IMG/VR virus record: IMGVR_UViG_3300037483_000521
Span: 1-44,485 of that record
Source: a virus
Lineage: Duplodnaviria; Caudoviricetes
DNA length: 44,485 nucleotides
Strand: one strand, 5' to 3'
The notes below the pieces were generated by a model. That model was not told the origin of the DNA, did not search any database, and saw only the letters and a list, made by a program, of their open reading frames with translations. Of the stretch, positions 9,166 through 16,298 are shown one piece after another (the stretch's first letter is position 1; each line of letters begins with the position of its first letter). The translations under genes were made by a program, and so were the position numbers.

Positions 9166-9331
9166 CTTGAGTCGTGCTTCTGTATCCCGGCGCTTCTTTT
9201 TCTTTGCATTTGTGATCGTTGGCGTGTCTGCACCCGTGTTTGCACTCCAACGGCAGATCGTGCTCTACACACACGTCCTCGGTGGGCTTGCATCCCCACC
9301 GATTAACCGGCCGGTTTCGTCGATCGCTCAT
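9158..9331 (-). CDS. Small Cys/His-rich protein (57 aa), not in the ORF track
   Basis: Manual translation MSDRRNRPVNRWGCKPTEDVCVEHDLPLECKHGCRHANDHKCKEKEAPGYRSTTQDG; fills the gap between terS and terL. Confidence 0.55.
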   Translation of the reverse strand: MSDRRNRPVNRWGCKPTEDVCVEHDLPLECKHGCRHANDHKCKEKEAPGYRSTTQDG

Positions 9332-9333
9332 TC

Positions 9334-9888
9334 TCAATCCAGACCAGAAATGTTGATGCTGAGGGCTGAGAGCTGCCGCACGTCCTGGCGCTCGACCAGC
9401 AAGCCGAACAGCTTGCTCTGCATCTCGCGGGCCCGGACGAGCGCCGTGGCATTTTCGGTTTTCATGGCGAACTCTGCCGCTTCCTTGAAATCCTGGAACG
9501 ACGAAGCCACGTCGTACTTAACCTCCAAGGCGATCTCTTTGCGCGCCACGGCGATGGCCGCGCGCACCAGCGGGTCTTTCTGCATGAGATGCCCGGCGCG
9601 GGAGTGGCCGGATGCCTTGTTGGAGGCGCGCCACCCAGCCTCGACTACCGCATCGGGACCGGTCGCGCCGCGCAGAATGGCGCTCACGAAGGCGGCCTTC
9701 TTCGTGGACATCATCGCCATCAGCTCTTCAAAGGATTTCTGTTTCAGCTCTTCCTCGGAGGGGAGAGGGATACGGCCACGGCGGCCTTTCCCGTCCTTGG
9801 CGAAGCCCGGGGGGCTTTTGAGCGCCTTGGGCGGGAGGCCAAGAATGTCCTCCATCGCTCGCTTATTGCCTGAGATTGCATTGGTCAT
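9334..9888 (-). CDS. terS: Terminase small subunit
   Basis: HTH-like AFVSAILRG...DAVVEAGW...HLMQKDP, then helical region ending KLFGLL; upstream of terL. Start codon uncertain. Confidence 0.75.
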   Translation of the reverse strand: MTNAISGNKRAMEDILGLPPKALKSPPGFAKDGKGRRGRIPLPSEEELKQKSFEELMAMMSTKKAAFVSAILRGATGPDAVVEAGWRASNKASGHSRAGHLMQKDPLVRAAIAVARKEIALEVKYDVASSFQDFKEAAEFAMKTENATALVRAREMQSKLFGLLVERQDVRQLSALSINISGLD

Positions 9889-9894
9889 TGTTGT

Positions 9895-9924
9895 ATTTTT
9901 GCATACGCGTTGCCATAATGTCAA
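9895..9924 (-). promoter_or_regulatory. Putative promoter for the packaging operon, with operator-like box
   Basis: TTGACA at 9924-9919 and CAACGCGTAT 6 bp downstream; the -10 element is weak. Confidence 0.5.
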
Positions 9925-9999
9925 TCCTGTATGCAGCTTAAAAAATAAAAATCGTGAGGGCAAAGTACCTACGCTCCTGCGCTTACGGCGCGCTATCGG

Positions 10000-10024
10000 C
10001 CCCCCACCCCACCCCCCACCCCCC
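10000..10024 (-). other. G-tract cluster (G6-T-G6-T-G4-T-G6), potential G-quadruplex
   Basis: Plus strand reads C6-A-C4-A-C6-A-C6 in the noncoding divergent region upstream of terS. Confidence 0.7.
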
Positions 10025-10260
10025 GGTCAGTCTTTTTCCTGTCCTGGCCTGGCGTTTATTCGCTCGATATCGTGGCCGTGCTCGCTCCCGCTCCGGAGCG
10101 ACTGACTATCAATCATTTGATTGCGTGCGTATTCGTGCATGGCTAGGCATGGCGCGCTGGCTAGGTCGCATGCAGGTCGCGTGGCGCCGGCGCTGCAGGT
10201 AGCTTGGCACGCTTTTTGCCCGCGCGCACGCGAGCGAGCGACCGAGCAATTAAAAGGTCG

Positions 10261-10297
10261 AGTACATTAGTATATTAGAATGTACTAATATACTAAT
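10261..10297. repeat. AT-rich overlapping inverted repeats
   Basis: ATTAGTATATTAG (10266-10278) / CTAATATACTAAT (10285-10297), plus AGTACATT / AATGTACT. Confidence 0.85.
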
Positions 10298-10316
10298 AGA
10301 TATCCCTTCATGCCTG

Positions 10317-10344
10317 TTGACATTATCGCAACGTGAACGATAAT
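10317..10344 (+). promoter_or_regulatory. Early sigma70-like promoter
   Basis: TTGACA-N16-GATAAT ahead of the first plus-strand genes; CAAC 6 bp after the -35. Confidence 0.7.
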
Positions 10345-10388
10345 TCGCAATAGTAGTTAACCCAACAACACACGGAGCACACAACGCC

Positions 10389-10520
10389 ATGAAATGCACC
10401 TTGATCCTGCTTTTGTTGCTATCCGCCTGTTCGCCAAGCACACGAACGGTGTGCAGCGCCGCAATGAACGCGGACACCGTTTCCATAAAGCTGTGCCACC
10501 AAGAGCACACAACGCCATGA
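10389..10520 (+). CDS. Small lipoprotein (43 aa), not in the ORF track
   Basis: MKCTLILLLLLSAC... with lipobox LSAC; GGAG RBS; flanked by a 19-bp direct repeat. Confidence 0.7.
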   Translation: MKCTLILLLLLSACSPSTRTVCSAAMNADTVSIKLCHQEHTTP

Positions 10521-10654
10521 ACAACACGCCAACCAAACGCCTGCAGCTCTTCCAAGCCATCCTGTCCCTCTACAACTCACAGTATTACCGATGCGGCGAC
10601 TACCAAGCCAAGGTCAGGGCGCTGCACGCCTTGCTGCGCACTCGCACGCCTTGA
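10517..10654 (+). CDS. Hypothetical protein (45 aa)
   Basis: ATGA-coupled start, MNNTPTKRLQLF... Confidence 0.55.
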   Translation: MNNTPTKRLQLFQAILSLYNSQYYRCGDYQAKVRALHALLRTRTP

Positions 10655-10690
10655 GTGCTGTTTAAACCTCAACACACGGAGCATAAGACA

Positions 10691-11527
10691 ATGACTACCG
10701 TCAAATCCCAAAAGAAAACTTTCCGCACCGACTACATCGACGCGCAAGGCAATCCCTGCACCTTAATTGCCGAAGTGCGCCATGACGATGAATGCCGGAA
10801 TGGGCACAACAGTTTCGCCATCACTGGCGATCTGTACGAGATACATCAGCAACGCGGGGAGCCCACCATAAAGCACGCCTCCGGAAAAACTTTGTGGCTT
10901 GGCGCGTGCGGCTGCTTGCACGATGAAATCGCCGCGCACATTCCGGAGCTGGCGCCGTTCATTAAGTGGCATCTGTGCAGCACAGACGGTCCGATGCACT
11001 ACATCGCCAATACTCTGTATCACGCTGGCGATCTTGACTACAACGGATTGAAAACCGGCGAGCCCAACCCGCGACACGTTGAACACCGGCTGCGCTGCCT
11101 CAATTCCCCTTTCACAAAACCCGTGCCCGGCGAACTGTACGCCTGGTTACAAGACAACCCTTGCGCCGAATATGTAGCCGTGGCCCACGTCAACCGGCCG
11201 GGCACAAATTACGACTTCGGACCAAAATACGCGCCTTTGGGATTCACTGACGATTGGTACGCGTGCCCTTGGGATACAGAGAGAGAGGCGCAGGAATTTG
11301 TCGCGGCTTACTCCCTGCCGCACGAAATCACTACTGTCCCGACATCCTTTGGCAAAGGCAAAACCCGCGATCTGGACGCCGCCAGGCGTTCTGCAGTATG
11401 GCCGGAGGCAACAGACGCCGAGTTGTCGCTACCCAAGGATGAGCTGCGCGCCAAGTTAGAAGCACGCCTCCCGGCCTTGCTGGTGGAGTTTCGTGCGGCT
11501 GTGGAATCCCTTGGGTTGACGTTCTAG
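10691..11527 (+). CDS. Early hypothetical protein with His/Cys motifs
   Basis: GGAG RBS before ATG 10691; DDECRNGHNSFAITG, GCLHDEI, KWHL and GPMHY motifs. Confidence 0.8.
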   Translation: MTTVKSQKKTFRTDYIDAQGNPCTLIAEVRHDDECRNGHNSFAITGDLYEIHQQRGEPTIKHASGKTLWLGACGCLHDEIAAHIPELAPFIKWHLCSTDGPMHYIANTLYHAGDLDYNGLKTGEPNPRHVEHRLRCLNSPFTKPVPGELYAWLQDNPCAEYVAVAHVNRPGTNYDFGPKYAPLGFTDDWYACPWDTEREAQEFVAAYSLPHEITTVPTSFGKGKTRDLDAARRSAVWPEATDAELSLPKDELRAKLEARLPALLVEFRAAVESLGLTF

Positions 11528-11608
11528 CGGACCCGCACCCTCTATCCCGTTCAACCATTGAGCGGGATACGGGGCGCAATTCCGCGCCAACTAACCGGAG
11601 CACCTAAC

Positions 11609-11836
11609 ATGCCGACAACCGACACACTAGACGGCGATTCTGGCGAAGGAATGGCCCTTGAAGCCATTGTGGACAAGTTTGGAATGCTGCGCGTGCTTGA
11701 GGCGCTTGGCGACATCTGCGAAGCCAAGGCAGAGCACATAGCGGCGTCGTACTCCGATAAACCCCTGGCGCAACGCTGGCACGCTCGTGGCAAAGCGCTC
11801 TACCACACGTCCGGCCTTGCGCCGTTCAAGGACTAA
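11609..11836 (+). CDS. Hypothetical protein
   Basis: ATG after the CCAACTAACCGGAGCAC RBS repeat. Confidence 0.7.
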   Translation: MPTTDTLDGDSGEGMALEAIVDKFGMLRVLEALGDICEAKAEHIAASYSDKPLAQRWHARGKALYHTSGLAPFKD

Positions 11837-11860
11837 ACCAACTAACCGGAGCACATAACC

Positions 11861-12169
11861 ATGAAAACAGCACAACACACGCCGGGGCCTTGGGAAGTAG
11901 ACAGCGAAGAAATATACGGCGACTGCCGAAACCCAAAAGGCCAAGACTTAATCGCCCGCTTGCCTATGGAGTGCAACGCCGGCGGCCTATTAACAGACAG
12001 GAACCGCGCAGACGCCCGCCTCATCGCCGCGGCGCCTGACCTGCTGGCGGCGTTGAAAAACGCAGTACGATGCGGCGAGAGAGACGGAATGCCGGGCAAC
12101 CCAGGGAGCGCGCCAGCTTGGACTGTTTCAGCCAGAGCCGCCATCACAAAAGCCACGGGAGGCGCCTAG
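11861..12169 (+). CDS. Phage early protein with HTPGPW...DARLIAAAPDLL modules
   Basis: Very common phage accessory motif pair; RBS repeat upstream. Confidence 0.85.
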   Translation: MKTAQHTPGPWEVDSEEIYGDCRNPKGQDLIARLPMECNAGGLLTDRNRADARLIAAAPDLLAALKNAVRCGERDGMPGNPGSAPAWTVSARAAITKATGGA

Positions 12170-12171
12170 CC

Positions 12172-12333
12172 ATGCACAGCCTATCGCTCGGCTTCACTGG
12201 CGCCATGGGCCTGTTCATCGGCCTGGACATCCTTGTCCGGATCCCATCCCTGTGGGGATATTCCGCCATCGTCTCAGGCCTGTTTCTTTTCATGCTCGGA
12301 GTAATCAGGGAGGCCAGCCCCAATGCCCGATAA
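12172..12333 (+). CDS. Small two-helix membrane protein
   Basis: GGAGG RBS; two hydrophobic stretches. Confidence 0.6.
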   Translation: MHSLSLGFTGAMGLFIGLDILVRIPSLWGYSAIVSGLFLFMLGVIREASPNAR

Positions 12334-12439
12334 TCAACGCGGTGGAAGCCTAAACGCGGCCAGGGGTATCTGTCTGGCTGTTCTACTCAGTGCCGGCTTC
12401 TGGCTGGCACTTGCCTTTTTCCTGATATGGAGGGATTGA
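12323..12439 (+). CDS. Small single-pass membrane protein (38 aa)
   Basis: MPDNQRGGSLNAARGICLAVLLSAGFWLALAFFLIWRD; GGAGG RBS. Confidence 0.55.
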   Translation: MPDNQRGGSLNAARGICLAVLLSAGFWLALAFFLIWRD

Positions 12440-12441
12440 AC

Positions 12442-12717
12442 GTGCAGACCGAACATCTTGAACAATTCCACGCTGAAGTTATGGCGGGGTGCGACATCCA
12501 GAAAGGCCGGCAAGGACTGTACCGGCAAGTGCGCGTTGTTGTGGGCCTTGGGCTGACAGTAACAGAGCTGCAACGCAACGAAATGCTGGCGGCGCTGCAA
12601 GAAATTGCCGCCATGTCGTGCAACCACGGGCCGCAGGAATACTGCCATCGAGAAGTTGCCCGGGACGCCATTAGGCGCGCGGAGTCGTACGCCCCTGCCG
12701 CCTATACCCCCGAATAA
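12442..12717 (+). CDS. Hypothetical protein
   Basis: GGAGG RBS before GTG; EMLAALQEIA module; followed by a terminator. Confidence 0.65.
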   Translation: MQTEHLEQFHAEVMAGCDIQKGRQGLYRQVRVVVGLGLTVTELQRNEMLAALQEIAAMSCNHGPQEYCHREVARDAIRRAESYAPAAYTPE

Positions 12718-12726
12718 CAACTCCCG

Positions 12727-12753
12727 CCATACGCCTACAAGGCGTATGGTTTT
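12727..12753 (+). terminator. Rho-independent terminator
   Basis: CCATACGCCT-ACA-AGGCGTATGG followed by TTTT. Confidence 0.75.
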
Positions 12754-12887
12754 CCCCCGATCGCCGGCTCCCTTATCCCCATAGCACCACCCGCAGCCCC
12801 AACTCGGCCATCGCCTGAGGAAAATCCCAGCGGCGCGCTCGATCGTTTTTTATTTTGAATCCTGGCTCGGCGGATTTGTACTCGTTT

Positions 12888-13148
12888 GTCACGGGAACAG
12901 CGAAGTTCACGAGAACGCCTCGAACCCCTAGTTTTACAGGGTATGATCTATTGTATCTATTATTCTTATATAAAATATATAAATCATACCATATACAATA
13001 CCTCTATGCCGCCGGCGGCGCGTGTCCCTGCCGATGGTCATTCACCACCCACGAAAATTCTGTAGCCGAACTCAAAAATGACACGAGAACATGGAACACT
13101 GGATCAGACCCTTGTTTTACAGTGTTTTCTGTTCCGGTTGTTCCAGTG
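12888..13148. other. Candidate replication origin
   Basis: Noncoding; AT-rich core at about 12942-13000 flanked by repeated CACGAGAAC, CCCT(A/T)GTTTTACAG and GGAAC/GTTCC elements. Confidence 0.45.
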
Positions 13149-13157
13149 CGGGCAGTG

Positions 13158-13186
13158 TTGCGTTTTTAGCTACGCGTTGATATGCT
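13158..13186 (+). promoter_or_regulatory. Promoter with operator-like box
   Basis: TTGCGT-N17-TATGCT; the spacer holds CTACGCGTTG (13170-13179). Confidence 0.6.
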
Positions 13187-13214
13187 TATAACTTCTAACT
13201 GCATGGAGTCTCTT

Positions 13215-13436
13215 ATGTTTGAAGCCGATAGCAAATTCAAAGCCCCAACAGTAACAACGCACCGCAAATACCCTTTCCGCACGATGCAGATTGGGGAGTC
13301 GTTTTTCGTTCCCGGGGGTAAGCAGGCCAACGTGGGCGGCTGCGCGTATGCCCACTGCAGCACGAGCGCCGGCCGCGGAAAACGATTCACCACGCGAACC
13401 GTCGAGGGCGGCGTGCGCTGCTGGCGGATCGCCTAA
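13215..13436 (+). CDS. Small putative DNA-binding protein
   Basis: KYPFRTMQIGESFFVP...FTTRTVEGGVRCWRIA, a recurrent phage family pattern; GGAG RBS. Confidence 0.75.
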   Translation: MFEADSKFKAPTVTTHRKYPFRTMQIGESFFVPGGKQANVGGCAYAHCSTSAGRGKRFTTRTVEGGVRCWRIA

Positions 13437-14038
13437 AACTTCATCCACACAATAGGCGACGCGCTCTCTACCACCACGTCCTCTTCCGTCCGATCCAGCA
13501 GGGTGTTCATCAGGTTGTACGTCCCGCGTCTGTACCCGGGCTTCAGCACCCTGATCCGGGCCGCCCCATCGGGCAGCCTAACTACGCACCATCGGCCCAT
13601 CGCATCCAGCGACACACTTGGTCGCGGCCGGTAATAGGCGATCACCCCATCCAGCGCGTCGGCGATCGAGTTGGCCGTCCGGTACCGCAGCGCTTCGAGC
13701 CCCGGCGCCTCCTGAGGCGGGGCGCTAACCCACCGCTCCCCTTTCACCCCTCCGGCGTGAACATTGAACTCCCCGTCAATCCAGCCCTTGATTGCCACTT
13801 TCCCCTCCCGGCTGGTGATGGCGCCGGGCTCGATCCCGGCGTTGACCAGCACTTCCTCGATGGGTACTCCTACAACATTGGCGAAAGCGGCGGCTTCGTC
13901 AAGCTGCATCCGTCGGACGCCCTTGAACGTCCGATTCATGGCAGCCGGATCCAGGTGCAGCATGGCCGCCAGGCGACGCTGGCTCAGTTGGTGGTCAGCC
14001 AGCTTGTCGATAAACCACTTCTTGTTGAACTGTGGCAT
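13433..14038 (-). CDS. XRE-family HTH repressor (CI-like)
   Basis: ATG at 14038 with AAGGAGG RBS; LSQRRLAAMLHLDPAAMNRTFKG HTH; C-terminal beta-rich domain loosely S24-like; divergent from the replication operon. Confidence 0.85.
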   Translation of the reverse strand: MPQFNKKWFIDKLADHQLSQRRLAAMLHLDPAAMNRTFKGVRRMQLDEAAAFANVVGVPIEEVLVNAGIEPGAITSREGKVAIKGWIDGEFNVHAGGVKGERWVSAPPQEAPGLEALRYRTANSIADALDGVIAYYRPRPSVSLDAMGRWCVVRLPDGAARIRVLKPGYRRGTYNLMNTLLDRTEEDVVVESASPIVWMKF

Positions 14039-14189
14039 ACGCCCTCCTTGGCGTGGATGATGAAATCCTCTACTTTTTGTAGGCACAACGCTTCCCCTTG
14101 GTTTTTGTTGTATTGCGAAAGCCGCCCTACATAGCAGAAAGCTCAACCACTTGCAAGCGGAGAATTTTACGGCGCCGCCACGCGCGGAC

Positions 14190-14218
14190 TTGACTTCCGG
14201 TGTTGTCGCGTTCACAAT
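14190..14218 (+). promoter_or_regulatory. Rightward promoter divergent from the repressor
   Basis: TTGACT-N17-CACAAT; CAACGCGTAT box at 14234-14243. Confidence 0.65.
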
Positions 14219-14416
14219 GCGGGGACATGATCGCAACGCGTATGTCGGGGGTTATATGGACGACGATACGATGAGCCACGGAGAACGAAGTGAAGGCGAT
14301 AGAGCCCGCGATAGGCGAGGCACGAAGTGTGGAACCGAGCCGTCAAGTCATTGTGCGCCTCTCAGCGCAGGACGGTCGCGGCAATTTAATCAACCATGAG
14401 CCCGGAGGATTTGCAC

Positions 14417-14584
14417 ATGTCACAAGGTCAATTTACGAAAGAAGAAGCGAAGGCGAGCGAAGATGCACTGAAAGAAATTATGGAGGCGTTCCCGAAGAAA
14501 AAGATGATGGAGTTTATCGGGCATTTCAACGATATCTTCCTGTTCCTCAGTGCAGCGAAGAAAAAGGCGCCGAGCGAAAAGTAG
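14417..14584 (+). CDS. Small helical hypothetical protein (55 aa)
   Basis: GGAGGA RBS; amphipathic helical sequence. Confidence 0.6.
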   Translation: MSQGQFTKEEAKASEDALKEIMEAFPKKKMMEFIGHFNDIFLFLSAAKKKAPSEK

Positions 14585-14633
14585 TGCAAAGCCTCATAAC
14601 CGCGAATCCGACGGACAGGACCGGAGGCGAGCG

Positions 14634-14780
14634 GTGACGGGCGAATACCTAGAAAGCAAACCCGTTCGGCTGCCGGTACGTATTTGTCCGGTAGGCGCCG
14701 GCTCACCTAACGCGGCGATACCGATTATCATCTTGGTGTTGCTGGTGCTTTTTTTCATTATACCGGCGATCCTAAAATGA
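14634..14780 (+). CDS. Small membrane protein (48 aa)
   Basis: GGAGG RBS, GTG start, C-terminal hydrophobic helix, ATGA overlap with the resolvase. Confidence 0.55.
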   Translation: MTGEYLESKPVRLPVRICPVGAGSPNAAIPIIILVLLVLFFIIPAILK

Positions 14781-15250
14781 TCCTCGGCATCGACCCCGGT
14801 CTTTCCGGCGCCCTCGCCTTCTACGATCCGGAGGCGAATACTCTGTCGATCTACGACATGCCGACCTTCACAGTATCCGTCAACAAGAAGCAACGACGGA
14901 TACTGGACGAGGACGAACTGTGCCGCATTATCGGCGTCTACCTGCTCAACCACGAACTCACCGCGATCATCGAGAACGTCCACTCCCTGCCCGAGCAGGG
15001 TGTGGCATCTTCCTTCAAGTTCGGCGTCTGCTTCGGCGCCATCCGTGGCGCCCTGGCTGCCCTCCAAGTTCCGCGCCGGTATGTCGAACCCGCTGTCTGG
15101 AAGCGTCACTTCAAGACGACATCCGATAAAGACGCCGCCAGGCGAAGAGCATCCGAGCTGCTGCCGGCGCACGCAGGGCTTTGGCCGCTCAAGAAGCACG
15201 ACGGCCGAGCCGAGAGCGCGTTGTTGGCTTACTTTGGAGCGCGGACATGA
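14777..15250 (+). CDS. RuvC-like Holliday junction resolvase
   Basis: ILGIDPGLSGA, IIENV, SSFKFG, PAVWK and DGRAESALLA motifs. Confidence 0.9.
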   Translation: MILGIDPGLSGALAFYDPEANTLSIYDMPTFTVSVNKKQRRILDEDELCRIIGVYLLNHELTAIIENVHSLPEQGVASSFKFGVCFGAIRGALAALQVPRRYVEPAVWKRHFKTTSDKDAARRRASELLPAHAGLWPLKKHDGRAESALLAYFGART

Positions 15251-15293
15251 CCCCCATCAAGCGCAAGCGGTTGGGGAAGGAGGGATAGGATGA
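15246..15293 (+). repeat. 48-bp cassette repeat, copy 1 (encodes mini-ORF MTPIKRKRLGKEG, 15247-15288)
   Basis: Identical to 15525-15572. Confidence 0.95.
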
Positions 15294-15529
15294 GATGGTT
15301 ACTTAGAAAGCTTGGATATCTAAAAGTTGATTACGGGTTTGCTTGTGGCAGACACTGGATCGAGATAGACGGCAAGACCATAGCTCAAACACCCGGTGAC
15401 GACTTCTGGCTGCGTGATGAGGATATCCGCAATCTCGCCGTTGCCGTGATACCAGGATGTATATGGAAAAATGGTCCGGCTTCATGGCAATGGGACCGAT
15501 GGATTAACGGGCACGGAGAAATGCCATGA
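15290..15529 (+). CDS. Cassette cargo gene A, hypothetical, Trp-rich (79 aa)
   Basis: Start lies in repeat 1 and stop in repeat 2; lower GC than the core genes. Confidence 0.75.
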   Translation: MRWLLRKLGYLKVDYGFACGRHWIEIDGKTIAQTPGDDFWLRDEDIRNLAVAVIPGCIWKNGPASWQWDRWINGHGEMP

Positions 15530-15572
15530 CCCCCATCAAGCGCAAGCGGTTGGGGAAGGAGGGATAGGATGA
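15525..15572 (+). repeat. 48-bp cassette repeat, copy 2 (mini-ORF 15526-15567)
   Basis: Identical to 15246-15293. Confidence 0.95.
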
Positions 15573-15748
15573 AAAACACAACTGGGCTTTACAAGCATCA
15601 GCGAGACAATCAAGGCAGGCGACGGTGCTTAACGTCTTATGCGCCCGTAAACAAACTGGTTGTGACCAAACCGGCACCTACCTGCGAGGCGTGCGGGTTT
15701 AGGATTGATTCAAACGCACATCAACTGTATTGCAAGGATAAGCCATGA
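15569..15748 (+). CDS. Cassette cargo gene B, possible zinc-binding protein (59 aa), not in the ORF track
   Basis: MKNTTGLYKH...PTCEACGFRIDSNAHQLYCKDKP; start in repeat 2, stop in partial repeat 3. Confidence 0.7.
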   Translation: MKNTTGLYKHQRDNQGRRRCLTSYAPVNKLVVTKPAPTCEACGFRIDSNAHQLYCKDKP

Positions 15749-15763
15749 CCCCCATCAAGCGCA
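15744..15763 (+). repeat. Partial (20-bp) third copy of the cassette repeat
   Basis: CATGACCCCCATCAAGCGCA forms the start of the 15745 gene. Confidence 0.9.
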
Positions 15764-16035
15764 TCTCCCGTGATCCGACAGAGGAAATGTTAGGAAATGG
15801 TTGTGATGCCATGTTTCGGATAAACGGTGTCCACGCAGTTTTGACTAAAGACGTAAGCGGTATATTCCAAGCCATGTTCGACGCCGCGCCTGACATCGAA
15901 ACGGAGGCGGAGAAGCGGGCCGAGGAATGGATTGCCGATGTAGATGATCCGCACATATATAATCTTCGCACTCCAATAGCAGAAAGAAAATTTGGCTTTC
16001 ATCCTAATCATGGAATGGAAAAACAATGCGCTTAA
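15745..16035 (+). CDS. Hypothetical protein C (RDPTEEM...FDAAP modules)
   Basis: 96 aa; shares a 41-bp segment with the next gene. Confidence 0.75.
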   Translation: MTPIKRISRDPTEEMLGNGCDAMFRINGVHAVLTKDVSGIFQAMFDAAPDIETEAEKRAEEWIADVDDPHIYNLRTPIAERKFGFHPNHGMEKQCA

Positions 16036-16298
16036 AATTATTAGCAAGGGAGCCGACGAAGAAGATGGTTCAGGCTTTACGCCTTTCGTTGGACGATGAA
16101 CACTGTTCTGATTTTGAAGCCTTGCGACGTGTGTTCGACGTCGCCCCTGACATCGAATCGGAGGCGGAGAAGGTTGCTCGTATTGAATTGGCTGAAAGAT
16201 TCGGTATCTATTCTCCGTGGTCGCCAGAGAATGATACGGATATTGGCAAAGCCATTGAAATCATCCGTGCCTTGCTGTGCGAACGGGGGAAGATATGA
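16026..16298 (+). CDS. Hypothetical protein D, paralog of C
   Basis: REPTKKM...FDVAPDIESEAEK. Confidence 0.75.
   Translation: MRLKLLAREPTKKMVQALRLSLDDEHCSDFEALRRVFDVAPDIESEAEKVARIELAERFGIYSPWSPENDTDIGKAIEIIRALLCERGKI

Noticed and set aside
12888-13148. LexA boxes among the GAAC/GTTC repeats
   Set aside because: The spacings I checked do not match GTTC-N7-GTTC or GAAC-N4-GTTC.
15246-15763. CRISPR mini-array
   Set aside because: The intervening segments are 231 and 171 bp and are whole genes. The only Cas-like gene is a DUF2800 replication-module nuclease.
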